64,000 nucleotides of DNA from an uncultured Acidobacteriota bacterium (GTDB lineage Bacteria; Acidobacteriota; UBA6911): the NCBI GenBank assembly GCA_963827655.1, contig CAWHCF010000026.1:160001-224000 (forward strand). The letters run 5' to 3'. Position numbers and translations under genes: made by a program. Of this stretch, positions 51,030 to 59,537 are shown in pieces (within the stretch, counting starts at the first letter, position 1; each line of letters opens with the position of its first letter). A model generated the notes under the pieces. It had not been told where the DNA came from. It did no database searches and saw only the letters and a list, made by a program, of their open reading frames with translations.

Positions 51030-52793
51030 ATGGCCAGCCCTGCATCGCAGTGGATACGCGTGGCCGCGCGGAGCGATGTTCCAGCGGGTGAAGCGAAAGC
51101 CGTCAGGCTCGAAGGAGGTCGGAGCATCGCGCTGTTTAATGTCAATGGGCGCATCTATGCGACCGACAACCAGTGCCCCCATATGGGCTATCCCCTGACC
51201 CGCGGGGCGGTCCGCCACGGCATCCTTACCTGCGACTGGCACGGCCGCAGCTTCGATTTGGAGGGAGGAGGATGTTTTAACTATGAATGCGATGATTTGC
51301 AAACGTTCCCCGTTGAGATACGTCAGAATGAAATCTGGATACAGCTCGGAGATGCCCGGTACAAGCGGCGAGACGAACATCTCCGACTGCTGTGGGAAGG
51401 GCTGCTGAGCGAAGACCGGTGGACCATATCCAAGGCGATTGCCCTGCTGCTCAAAGGGAGTGTCCCGGAAGAGGAGATCGTGACGGTGATCCTGCGGCAT
51501 CTCGGCCGTCACATCGCCAGTTCGAACGACACTGAAGGCGGGGATGATGTTTCCCGGCTTATCAACGGGCTCAAGGTGGGACGACGTTACCAGGGCGGCG
51601 ACCGGCTGATGGTTCTCGCCACCGCTGCCTGCTCCGTCGCAGGCAAGGCGGCGGAACGGCTTGAGGTCGTCCCGCTGCCCGGACCCGTGTCATGGGACAG
51701 CATCGATCGGTGGACGCGGATGTTCTCCCACGATGGGCAGTCCGGACGGATCGAGCGGTGCCTCTTCACTGCCGGCCACCTGGATTACAGAGACAAAATC
51801 CTGCCGCTCCTTTACGAATGCGCCGTCGAACCCCACTTCCTCGGTTTTGCCGATAACCTGCTTTCGCTCGCCGGCCTGGCGGAAATCATCGAAAGCTTCG
51901 GTTGGGAGCAATCTTCCGAACTGGTTTTCAACCTGGGAGCCAAACTGGTCGGGCGCCGTCGTGGCGAACCCGAGCGCTTCCGCCGCGATGCGGTCAGACT
52001 GATGTCGTCCATGGTTCCGAATATCGAAGCGTCGAATCCGTCGTCGAACAGGGTGATCGAGTACGATGAAGACGCTTTCGTCGGAGCCCTGGTCAGCGTC
52101 AACATTCAGAAGTCATTTGACGCGGTGAGCACCGTCCTGAAGTCGGGTGTGAAGCTGGATCGTCTGATTACGTCGCTGGTGCTCCTCGCGGCGGATCGAA
52201 TGGCCCGGACGCCAGTCAACGTGGACGCCGGTTGGGGCGCATTGACGATGGAACTCAACCTCGCCGCGTCGTTGCGTATCGCGCAGCGGCATGGCGGGGA
52301 TCAAGTGGCCGCGAAAGGACTTTTCCATGCCGCCTGGCTGGTATTCGCGGACCGCTGGCTGAACATTCCGGTCCGGCCGCTCACGACCCCGCTCGGCGGC
52401 GGGACGCTCAATGTAGCCAATGAAGACGCGGGAGTAGGGGTAATTCTCGACTCCATCGCGTCGCTCAATGTGCAGGATGTGGGCCGGCAAGTGCTGGAAT
52501 ACCTGAACGCCGGATACTCCGGGGATCGGTTGCTTCATGAGATGGGGCGCGTCATGCTCTGGGATGACACCAACACCCGGATCTTGCCCACGCTCCGCAC
52601 CGTGTTCGAAGAATGGGAGCGCTCGAGCGGGTCCGATTCTGCCCTCGGGGCCGGACATCCCGCGCGGTACCAGCTTCTCGTCGGCCTCGCTCGCTACGCC
52701 ACCGACATTCGCACGAATAAAGACAGCGGCTCCGCCACCAATACCGCCATGCGCTTCGCGGAGGGAAAGACGACGGTGGAGGCGTTTGAGTAG
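51030..52793 (+). CDS. Rieske [2Fe-2S] ferredoxin fused to a large helical domain (paralog 1)
   Basis: NQCPHMGYPL...LTCDWHG Rieske ligands; about 480-aa uncharacterised C-terminal region; GAGGAG RBS. Confidence 0.85.
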   Translation: MASPASQWIRVAARSDVPAGEAKAVRLEGGRSIALFNVNGRIYATDNQCPHMGYPLTRGAVRHGILTCDWHGRSFDLEGGGCFNYECDDLQTFPVEIRQNEIWIQLGDARYKRRDEHLRLLWEGLLSEDRWTISKAIALLLKGSVPEEEIVTVILRHLGRHIASSNDTEGGDDVSRLINGLKVGRRYQGGDRLMVLATAACSVAGKAAERLEVVPLPGPVSWDSIDRWTRMFSHDGQSGRIERCLFTAGHLDYRDKILPLLYECAVEPHFLGFADNLLSLAGLAEIIESFGWEQSSELVFNLGAKLVGRRRGEPERFRRDAVRLMSSMVPNIEASNPSSNRVIEYDEDAFVGALVSVNIQKSFDAVSTVLKSGVKLDRLITSLVLLAADRMARTPVNVDAGWGALTMELNLAASLRIAQRHGGDQVAAKGLFHAAWLVFADRWLNIPVRPLTTPLGGGTLNVANEDAGVGVILDSIASLNVQDVGRQVLEYLNAGYSGDRLLHEMGRVMLWDDTNTRILPTLRTVFEEWERSSGSDSALGAGHPARYQLLVGLARYATDIRTNKDSGSATNTAMRFAEGKTTVEAFE

Positions 52794-52801
52794 GGGAGAA
52801 C

Positions 52802-53528
52802 GGTGACGGGGTTAGAAGCTTCATTGGTCATTTGTCATTGGTCATTTGTCATTTGTATTTCTGGATTGATCGACGGTGTTATGAACTGAAAAATGAAAAA
52901 TGACCAATGAAAAATGACAAATGGAAAGCTTTTTGGCGGTGAGTGACGGAGGATGGTGACGGGCGTTACAACGTTCATTTCTCATTTGTCATTTCTGGAT
53001 GCTGTCCTGATTGACGAGACAAGGATGCGTGCCAGCTCCTGGGTTTCCTTCATTAGACCATCTAGCTCGAGTTGGCTCATCCGGCTCTTCCGAATGATCT
53101 GGAGCCATATGGCCGTCTCATTCAGCTCTTTGAGCGCCACGCGGAGTTTGTGCACAAAATCGGCGTTGCTTTCCGCGCCGCGTGCTTCTCCATAGTTAGG
53201 AGCCGGCGACGTTCCGGATCGCAGGATTTGCGCAGCAACATGTCGCCCTGCCGGGTTCCGCGGCAAATGTGCGGCGAGATGGACAATCGCAATAGCAAGA
53301 TCAACGAGTCGATCCTGAATCTTGTCGGCTTTGGACGGATTCTCGGTCATCGGCTCCCCTTGACACATACTACAAACGGCGGTTGAACGAAATGATCAAT
53401 GAAAATAATGAAAAATGAAAAATGACCAATGAAAAATGACAAATGGTTTTTTGGCGGATAACTAGGCGATGGATGTGCGTTACAGGAGGACGCCCTTTCA
53501 TTTATCATACAATTGTCATTGGTCATTG
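52802..53528. repeat. Array of alternating inverted 7-bp-repeat arms (TCATTTG/CAAATGA class) around the four-helix-bundle gene
   Basis: Left arms 52821-52855, 52974-53000, 53496-53528; identical 38-bp right arms at 52887-52924 and 53409-53446. Confidence 0.88.
52982..53350 (-). CDS. Four helix bundle protein (23S rRNA IVP / Avd-like family)
   Basis: QILRSGTSPAPNYGEARGAESNADFVHKLRVALKELNETAIWL; RBS AGGGGAG. Confidence 0.92.
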   Translation of the reverse strand: MTENPSKADKIQDRLVDLAIAIVHLAAHLPRNPAGRHVAAQILRSGTSPAPNYGEARGAESNADFVHKLRVALKELNETAIWLQIIRKSRMSQLELDGLMKETQELARILVSSIRTASRNDK

Positions 53529-53565
53529 ACCCCGAATTTCCGGTCCAGAACCAGGAGCATCCCAA

Positions 53566-55317
53566 ATGTCGAACCCACAATCCAATTTTGTAAAAGTTGC
53601 CGACCTTAAAGAGCTTCCTGAGGGCACTCCCAAAGCGGTCAGGGTCGAGGGACGCAGCATCGCGCTGTTTCAGCACCAAGGCAGCGTCTACGCGACCGAT
53701 AACCAGTGTCCGCATATGGGGTATCCGTTGACGCGCGGGCGAGTCCGGAACGGCGTTTTGACCTGCGACTGGCATGGGTGGAGCTACGACATGAAAGGCG
53801 GCGGCTGTTTCACCGGAGGATGCGACGACCTCGACACGTTTCCCGTCGAGGTGCGGGACAGCGCCATCTACATCGACGTGCGCAGCGGTGGGTCCAAGCG
53901 CAAGGATGCCCACCTTCTCCTGCTGAAAGAAGGCTTGTTGAGCTCGGACAATTGGACCCTGTCCAAGGCGATCGCGATCATGCTCGCCCAAGGTGTGTCC
54001 GAACAAGACACCTTGAAACGGGTGTTGCGGCACATGGGCCGGCACATCGCCACCGAGAGTGGCGCCAACGAAGGGGGCCGCGAGCTCGCCCTGATGGTCA
54101 ATGGGGTGAAAGTTGCCCGTCGTTACGAGCCGGACGACCGACTCATTCCCTTCATGATGGCGGCGACAGGCGCGTCGGGCCGCGCCGGAGATAGACCGGC
54201 GGTGCAGCCGCTGCCGCCGCCGGTAACCTGGGACAAGCTGGAGCACTGGATCCGTGTGTTCTCGGCGGACAAGACTTGGGAAGGGATCGAGAAGTGCCTG
54301 ATCACCGCGCGGCGGCTGACAGGGCACGACGAGCGGATCGTCCCGTTGCTCTATGAATGCGCGCTCGAGCCTTTCTTCTTGGGCCACACCGAGAACCTGC
54401 CGCTTCTGGGGTTTCTCGCGGAATTGCTCGAAGAGTTCGGATGGGATCAGGTGGAGGAACTCGTCTGCAACCTGGCCGCGAAGATACTGGGCCGGGATCG
54501 CGGCGCGCCGGAAGAACACCGCCTGGCGGCGATCAACATGTTCGACCCCATCAATAAACTCATCGATGAACGGGCCTCTACGCGACCCGGTGATCAGGCC
54601 GCCACGTACGATGAAGATGCCTTGGCCAGAGGGTTGGTGAGCGGCGATCTGGCTCAAACATTTAACGCAATCTCGGATGCGCTCAGGGCCAGCGTCGATA
54701 TCGATCGAATTGTCACTACGATGGTTCTCCTGGCGGCAGACCGCATGGCGCGGACCCCGGTGAACCTGAACCCTGGCTGGGGAAGTCTGAGACAGGAGCT
54801 GATGCTGGCATCCTCGATTCGAACCGCGCTGCGCTATGGCGGCTTCAAGATAGGCGCCAAAGCGCTATACCATGCCGCCTGGCAGTTCTTCAGCGATCGC
54901 TGGCTCAACATCACGCCCCGTTCCCTCACCGAGCCCCTGAGCGCAGCTAAATCAGATGCGTCGAACGAAGAGATGGCGCTCCGGACCGTGCTGGAGTCCA
55001 TCGAGACGGTTCAGGTACGTGAAGTGGGACGCCATACGCGCGAGTACCTCAATGCCGGTTTCTCCGGTGACCGTCTGTTATCGGAGATGGGGCAGTCGAT
55101 ACTCAGGGACGATAACGGCTGGAATCTCGTGCACGCGTTGCGCGTAGTGTTCGATGAGTGGAAATTGTGTGAAGGATATCCCGCCCGCAACCAGTTGCTC
55201 ATCGGTCTGAGTCGCTGGGCCACCGACGTGCGCAAGCGGACCGGGAATCAATCCGCCGCGCAGACCGCGCAGCGATTCGCGCGCGGTCAGACGGCCGTGG
55301 ACCTGTATGAGTCGTGA
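53566..55317 (+). CDS. Rieske [2Fe-2S] ferredoxin fused to a large helical domain (paralog 2)
   Basis: Same architecture as paralog 1 with shared blocks (ATDNQCPHMGYPLTRG, VLLAADRMARTPVN, EYLNAG.SGDRLL.EMG); AGGAG RBS. Confidence 0.85.
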   Translation: MSNPQSNFVKVADLKELPEGTPKAVRVEGRSIALFQHQGSVYATDNQCPHMGYPLTRGRVRNGVLTCDWHGWSYDMKGGGCFTGGCDDLDTFPVEVRDSAIYIDVRSGGSKRKDAHLLLLKEGLLSSDNWTLSKAIAIMLAQGVSEQDTLKRVLRHMGRHIATESGANEGGRELALMVNGVKVARRYEPDDRLIPFMMAATGASGRAGDRPAVQPLPPPVTWDKLEHWIRVFSADKTWEGIEKCLITARRLTGHDERIVPLLYECALEPFFLGHTENLPLLGFLAELLEEFGWDQVEELVCNLAAKILGRDRGAPEEHRLAAINMFDPINKLIDERASTRPGDQAATYDEDALARGLVSGDLAQTFNAISDALRASVDIDRIVTTMVLLAADRMARTPVNLNPGWGSLRQELMLASSIRTALRYGGFKIGAKALYHAAWQFFSDRWLNITPRSLTEPLSAAKSDASNEEMALRTVLESIETVQVREVGRHTREYLNAGFSGDRLLSEMGQSILRDDNGWNLVHALRVVFDEWKLCEGYPARNQLLIGLSRWATDVRKRTGNQSAAQTAQRFARGQTAVDLYES

Positions 55318-55400
55318 TCACTGACCGCGGACCGTGCGCGCACTCGCCGGCGATTGCAGGAGGCAGGCGTCTCCGTCCGATAGCTGGATTCGGCTCGTGC

Positions 55401-55802
55401 TCAAGGCGGGCAGATGAGGGGAATCGTTTCGCGCTTGTTGCGGCGGTAAACGCGGAAGTCTTCGCGATCCACCGTGATGACGCTGTGTTTGGGAAACAAT
55501 TCGCTCATACGAATCAGGCAGAGGTCGGCAAGGTCGGGATGACGGTCCGCGTATCGGGCCGCGAGGGCGTCGAGCTGCAGCAAGTGGTCGTTGCAGTCGA
55601 AGGAGAGCGTCACCAGTCCCTCCCGGATCATCGAGAGTACCAGACTGACGTCTTGCAGGTGGAACGCAGCCTCGGCAAGCACCGGCTCGCAGGTGAGCAA
55701 TGGTTCTGTCACCTGCTCGGCCACACTGACCGCCCAATCATGATGTTCGTCGGCGCGATTCGCGAATGCTACGAGGAAACCGGTATCGGAGATTCCTTTC
55801 AT
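55401..55802 (-). CDS. PIN domain (VapC-like) toxin
   Basis: ISDTGFLVA..DEHH, TCEPVLAEA, DLADLCL, TVDREDFRVYR. Confidence 0.88.
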   Translation of the reverse strand: MKGISDTGFLVAFANRADEHHDWAVSVAEQVTEPLLTCEPVLAEAAFHLQDVSLVLSMIREGLVTLSFDCNDHLLQLDALAARYADRHPDLADLCLIRMSELFPKHSVITVDREDFRVYRRNKRETIPLICPP

Positions 55803-56011
55803 GACTTGGAGAACCCTTTGCGGTGGGAGAGATTCCTGGGGCCGCGAACCGACCCGGCTAAGCGCATAAACGAACGGTTTGCATTGGCCGCTCTCGCTTT
55901 CTCAAGCTGCTCGCGGATGAGTTGACCCTGAGACATGCCGGTGCGCGTAGCGGTTTTCTCCAACCACTCCGAAAGGTCCTTTGTAAGACGAATGGTAATT
56001 GTCTGACTCAT
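55799..56011 (-). CDS. CopG/ribbon-helix-helix antitoxin
   Basis: TITIRLTKDL..WLE..A...GMSQGQLIREQLE; ATGA overlap with the toxin. Confidence 0.85.
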   Translation of the reverse strand: MSQTITIRLTKDLSEWLEKTATRTGMSQGQLIREQLEKARAANANRSFMRLAGSVRGPRNLSHRKGFSKS

Positions 56012-56019
56012 AGAGCAGA

Positions 56020-56048
56020 AGTGTAATCAAAATCCCTTTGCCATTCAA
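56020..56048 (-). promoter_or_regulatory. Putative sigma70 promoter of the antitoxin-PIN operon
   Basis: TTGAAT-N17-TACACT ending 8 nt before the ATG (likely leaderless). Confidence 0.5.
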
Positions 56049-56353
56049 ATCGATAATCAAGTCATTCACCCACTTTTCGTCGTCCAATGGGTCATTAATG
56101 ATTGACGATTTACGATTGACGATTGACGATTGAAAAGAGTTCCATATCATCATCCCTTTGTCATTCAATCGTAGAATCAAGAGCTTGATACTGCGGACGA
56201 TTGATCGATCAGTCCAACGAGTCATTAATGATTGACGCATTAACGATTGACGATTGACAGATTGAAAAGAGTTCCAGATCATCGTCAACTCAACGGATAA
56301 GGTCAACTCGTGCCCGATCGTCAATCGATCAATCGTCAATCGTAAATCGTCAA
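56032..56353. repeat. Tandem 120-130 bp units carrying GATTGAC heptads, plus an inverse heptad arm
   Basis: Units 56032-56151 and 56152-56283; inverse (CGTCAAT)n at about 56317-56353. Confidence 0.8.
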
Positions 56354-56532
56354 TTGAAAAACGTGTTGCTGATCCACAGCAGAACTCCGAGCAAGCCGAT
56401 CCCGAGAAGCAGACTCCACACCACGAGCTTGACTTCAGCCGGCAGCAAGGGTTCGTAAGGAATTCTTCTCAGTTCCTCTCCAACATCCGGCGCCGGTTGA
56501 GGTGGCGTTGCTTCGTTCCTACGCGCGGTCAT
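56350..56532 (-). CDS. Small single-TM membrane protein downstream of the exporter
   Basis: YEPLLPAEVKLVVWSLLLGIGLLGVLLWIS. Confidence 0.65.
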   Translation of the reverse strand: MTARRNEATPPQPAPDVGEELRRIPYEPLLPAEVKLVVWSLLLGIGLLGVLLWISNTFFN

Positions 56533-56625
56533 GGCGTGCCTTGTTGAGATTTCGTTACCGGCGAAGCAAGCTTCGCCAAACCATCGCGGTAGCAAGCTAC
56601 CGCACTCCACGAGTGCTGCAGTTCA

Positions 56626-58059
56626 CTAGCCTGATGGCGGCTTGATACCACTAAAGAATATCCATGAGATGGCGAGCCCGATCCAAATAATAAAACCGAA
56701 CAGGCATACCACATAAACCAGCGCCAGCCGGCCGATGCCTTCTTCCCACAGTTTCTTGAAATTGGAAACCAGGCCGATGGTGAAGAACGTCATGACAAAG
56801 AACAGTACCCTGAAAATATTGCTCTCCGCCGTGGCCTGTCTTGCAGCGTCCAGAAGATCGGGCCGAGTTACCACGAGACTCAACAGGGCGACGAAGGTCA
56901 GAAAATATCCCAGGACGAATTTCGGGAATCGCTCCCAGATCTGGGCGGGCGAAATGGCACCCGCCTGTTTCTTTTCGATCGCGTACACCCAGACCAGGGC
57001 CAGAACGAAGGCCCAGACGCCGATGAAGATATCGATGAAAACCTTGACCGTGGTCGCGGTCATCAAAATCCACCCCTCCTTGTAAGCGACTCCCAAGGTC
57101 TGAAGGGCTCGGGAGCGGATCATGGCATCCGTGATCGCGCCGCTTGCAACGGCTGCTCCGTCGGTTTTCACGGCCAGACCCATCCAGGCTCCAGCCACCA
57201 TCGGCTCGTGATATAAAAAAGCCTGGGCTGCAAAGGGAAGGACGATCAGCTCCACCACGGCAAAAATCACCACCAGGGATGAAACCATGATCGGCACCAC
57301 AGGTCTGGCCCGGATGGCGGCGCCGGTCGCGATGGCGGCCGACACGCCGCAGATGGAAATGCCCGAGGCAAGCGGCGCGGCCCATTCCCGGCTGAACTTG
57401 AAAAACTTCCGGGCCACGAAATAGACAAGCGCCCAGTAGATCAGATAGGCCTCGATGATGGCCGCAAATCCACGGAACATGATGGCGCCGGCCAGACCGG
57501 TCGCGCCCGCGGCCTGGACTCCGAGAGACGCCCCCAGGATGACAATGGCGGTCTTGATGTACCATTCGGGACGCGTGGCTTCTTTGAGGTAGGCCGCCAG
57601 ACCGGGAAAGAAGTTGCCGATTACGAGACCGGCGCCAAGAGCAACGATGTACCCGGCTTCACCGGTCAGACCGAGCGACCAGGGGATCTTGAATGCGGCG
57701 AGCTTGTCGGGAGTTGCGGCGATGTAAGCGTAGTTCCCGGCGAGCCAGCTCAGATAGCTGATCCAGAAAACTATCGTGAATCCGATGGAGAACTTTCGTA
57801 TATCGGCTCGCAGCCGAACTGCGCCGATGGTCATGATCGCCAGCAGAAAGAGATAAGTCAAAAAAAGGGCGGTGATGCCCGACAAGCCTGAATAAGCTTT
57901 TGAAACCGGAGCCATGGCTTTCGTTATGTCCAGCCAGACCTGGGTTGCAATGCCCCAACCGAGTAGATCGATCCCTGCGATGGTCCCGATCGACAGTAAG
58001 AAAACCAGGAGTCCAATCCAGACAGCCAACCAGTCTTCGGTCCCGAATAGAAGCTTCAC
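56626..58059 (-). CDS. Putative sulfate exporter (YeiH/PSE) family membrane protein
   Basis: TEDWLAVWIG, RPEWYIKTAIVILG, GISICGVSAAIAT, WERFPKFVLG; GGAGG RBS before GTG 58059. Confidence 0.85.
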   Translation of the reverse strand: MKLLFGTEDWLAVWIGLLVFLLSIGTIAGIDLLGWGIATQVWLDITKAMAPVSKAYSGLSGITALFLTYLFLLAIMTIGAVRLRADIRKFSIGFTIVFWISYLSWLAGNYAYIAATPDKLAAFKIPWSLGLTGEAGYIVALGAGLVIGNFFPGLAAYLKEATRPEWYIKTAIVILGASLGVQAAGATGLAGAIMFRGFAAIIEAYLIYWALVYFVARKFFKFSREWAAPLASGISICGVSAAIATGAAIRARPVVPIMVSSLVVIFAVVELIVLPFAAQAFLYHEPMVAGAWMGLAVKTDGAAVASGAITDAMIRSRALQTLGVAYKEGWILMTATTVKVFIDIFIGVWAFVLALVWVYAIEKKQAGAISPAQIWERFPKFVLGYFLTFVALLSLVVTRPDLLDAARQATAESNIFRVLFFVMTFFTIGLVSNFKKLWEEGIGRLALVYVVCLFGFIIWIGLAISWIFFSGIKPPSG

Positions 58060-58194
58060 CTGCGCCTCCGCTTGCCGCCTTGTCGATTTCGACTGTAGCA
58101 CAAATTTATCCCGTCTCTTCGCGTCGTGAAGACACGAAAACGCGAAGTCTGGTAGTATGGGAACCGCAACGCAGGACAAGAAAGGATCCGAACC

Positions 58195-58974
58195 ATGAAA
58201 TCATTCATACGCCATAGCAGCCTGATGCTGGTTCTCACGCTCGGTATGCTCTCGACGGCGTGGGCTAATCAAAACAAGCCGGCCGACGAACCAGAACTGG
58301 CGTTGGGAAAGAAGGTCTACGACGCCAAATGCAAGATGTGCCACCGCGAGGACGGCAAGGGCACTCTGGAAGAAATGGACTTGACCGACAACGTCTGGAA
58401 GCACGGGAACAGTCCGGAGGATATCGAGAAAGTGATACGGGAGGGAATCAAGGGAACCGGTATGCGCGCCATCGTGGGGGACCATACCGATCAGGAGATC
58501 AAGGCTCTGGTCAAATTTGTCTTGAAGTTCGCGCCTCCCGGCGGTGCGCCGGCTGCGCCTCCAGCAGGCGCCACGACCTCGAAGGATCCTTCCAGCCCAG
58601 GAGCGGCAATGAGCGGCGATTCAACTAGAGGAAAGAACTGGGACGTGTTCGAGTTTCCCGATCTGGTTGCCAAACGCGAACAATCCAAGCGGCCCTACCT
58701 GGAGTTCTTGAAGGTTCCCACCCTGAGTTCGGGAATCTACGCGCTCCCTGCCGACGGTCAGGATCAGCAAAAACCACATGCCCAGGATGAGGTGTACTAC
58801 ATCGCGAGCGGCCGGGCGATGATCCAGATAGGCAAGGAAGACCTGCCCGTGCAACCCGGGTCAGTGGTCTTTGTGAAGGCCGGGATCGAGCATCGGTTTC
58901 ACTCCATCAAAGAGGAATTGAAGATTCTGGTCTTCTTCTCGGGGGCCGCCGCCGAAGCCGCGCCGGCGAAGTAG
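58195..58974 (+). CDS. Exported monoheme cytochrome c fused to a cupin domain
   Basis: Signal peptide; CKMCH..GMRA; Pro/Ala linker; YLEFLKVP..PHAQDEVYY..G...GIEHRFH. Confidence 0.75.
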   Translation: MKSFIRHSSLMLVLTLGMLSTAWANQNKPADEPELALGKKVYDAKCKMCHREDGKGTLEEMDLTDNVWKHGNSPEDIEKVIREGIKGTGMRAIVGDHTDQEIKALVKFVLKFAPPGGAPAAPPAGATTSKDPSSPGAAMSGDSTRGKNWDVFEFPDLVAKREQSKRPYLEFLKVPTLSSGIYALPADGQDQQKPHAQDEVYYIASGRAMIQIGKEDLPVQPGSVVFVKAGIEHRFHSIKEELKILVFFSGAAAEAAPAK

Positions 58975-58975
58975 A

Positions 58976-59057
58976 CCATTTATCATTGGTCATTGGTCAT
59001 TTGTCATTTTTCATTCGACCGGCCAATGACAAATGACCAATGACCAATGACAAATGG
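58976..59057. repeat. Inverted 7-bp-repeat hairpin between convergent genes (possible bidirectional terminator)
   Basis: 58976-59008 and 59025-59057 are 32/33 reverse-complementary. Confidence 0.85.
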
Positions 59058-59522
59058 CTACTCCTCGATAATATCGGCGGTAATCTCAATTGGGATGCAG
59101 CCGCGGACACTGGTTGCAGCTGGACACTTCTGCTCGTGCGTCGCGAGAGCGCGTTCGGCAGCTTCGCGTTTTCCGGAAGGAATCCGTACTTCGTAGCGGA
59201 CGCGTATCTTCGTGATCCGAAGGATCCGGTCGACGGCCTCGATATCCCCCTCAACGTACGAACGAAGCTTGTTCGGCTCGGAGGGAATCTGGCGCACCTC
59301 CAGTGCGCCCGCAAGGGTGCCAAGCAGTCAACCTGCGATGGCGGCAATCATGTGGTCGAGAGTTGCTGGCACCTCTTCTGCCGGCTCGACCCCATAGAAT
59401 TTCTTGATTCCGCCGTGAACCCCATACCTGACGGGTTCACTGAAGTGCTCGATGTATGCGTGCCGAATGGGACCTTTAATTTTTTCGATACGAATGTGAC
59501 TTGTGTGAACTAGTTCTCCCAT
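59058..59522 (-). CDS. OsmC-like selenoprotein (in-frame UGA 59330-59328)
   Basis: ORFs 59328..59522 and 59058..59297 share one frame: ..LDHMIAAIAG-UGA-LLGTLAGALE..HEQKCPAATSV; SECIS-like hairpin follows. Confidence 0.8.
59291..59309 (-). promoter_or_regulatory. Putative SECIS hairpin of the OsmC-like gene
   Basis: GGCGCAC-TGGAG-GTGCGCC, perfect 7-bp stem starting 18 nt after the UGA. Confidence 0.65.
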
Positions 59523-59537
59523 CTTCTCTCTCTACGC

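Noticed and set aside
15296-54657. Long antisense ORFs (e.g. 15296..16720, 38823..40664, 46818..47999, 53347..54657)
   Set aside because: Shadow frames of real genes in high-GC DNA, with no motifs
51030-55317. Diversity-generating retroelement (Avd-like gene between similar genes)
   Set aside because: No reverse transcriptase; paralog differences are not adenine-specific and no TR/VR pair is visible
56032-56283. CRISPR array
   Set aside because: Only two units, repeats far longer than CRISPR repeats, unequal inserts and no cas genes
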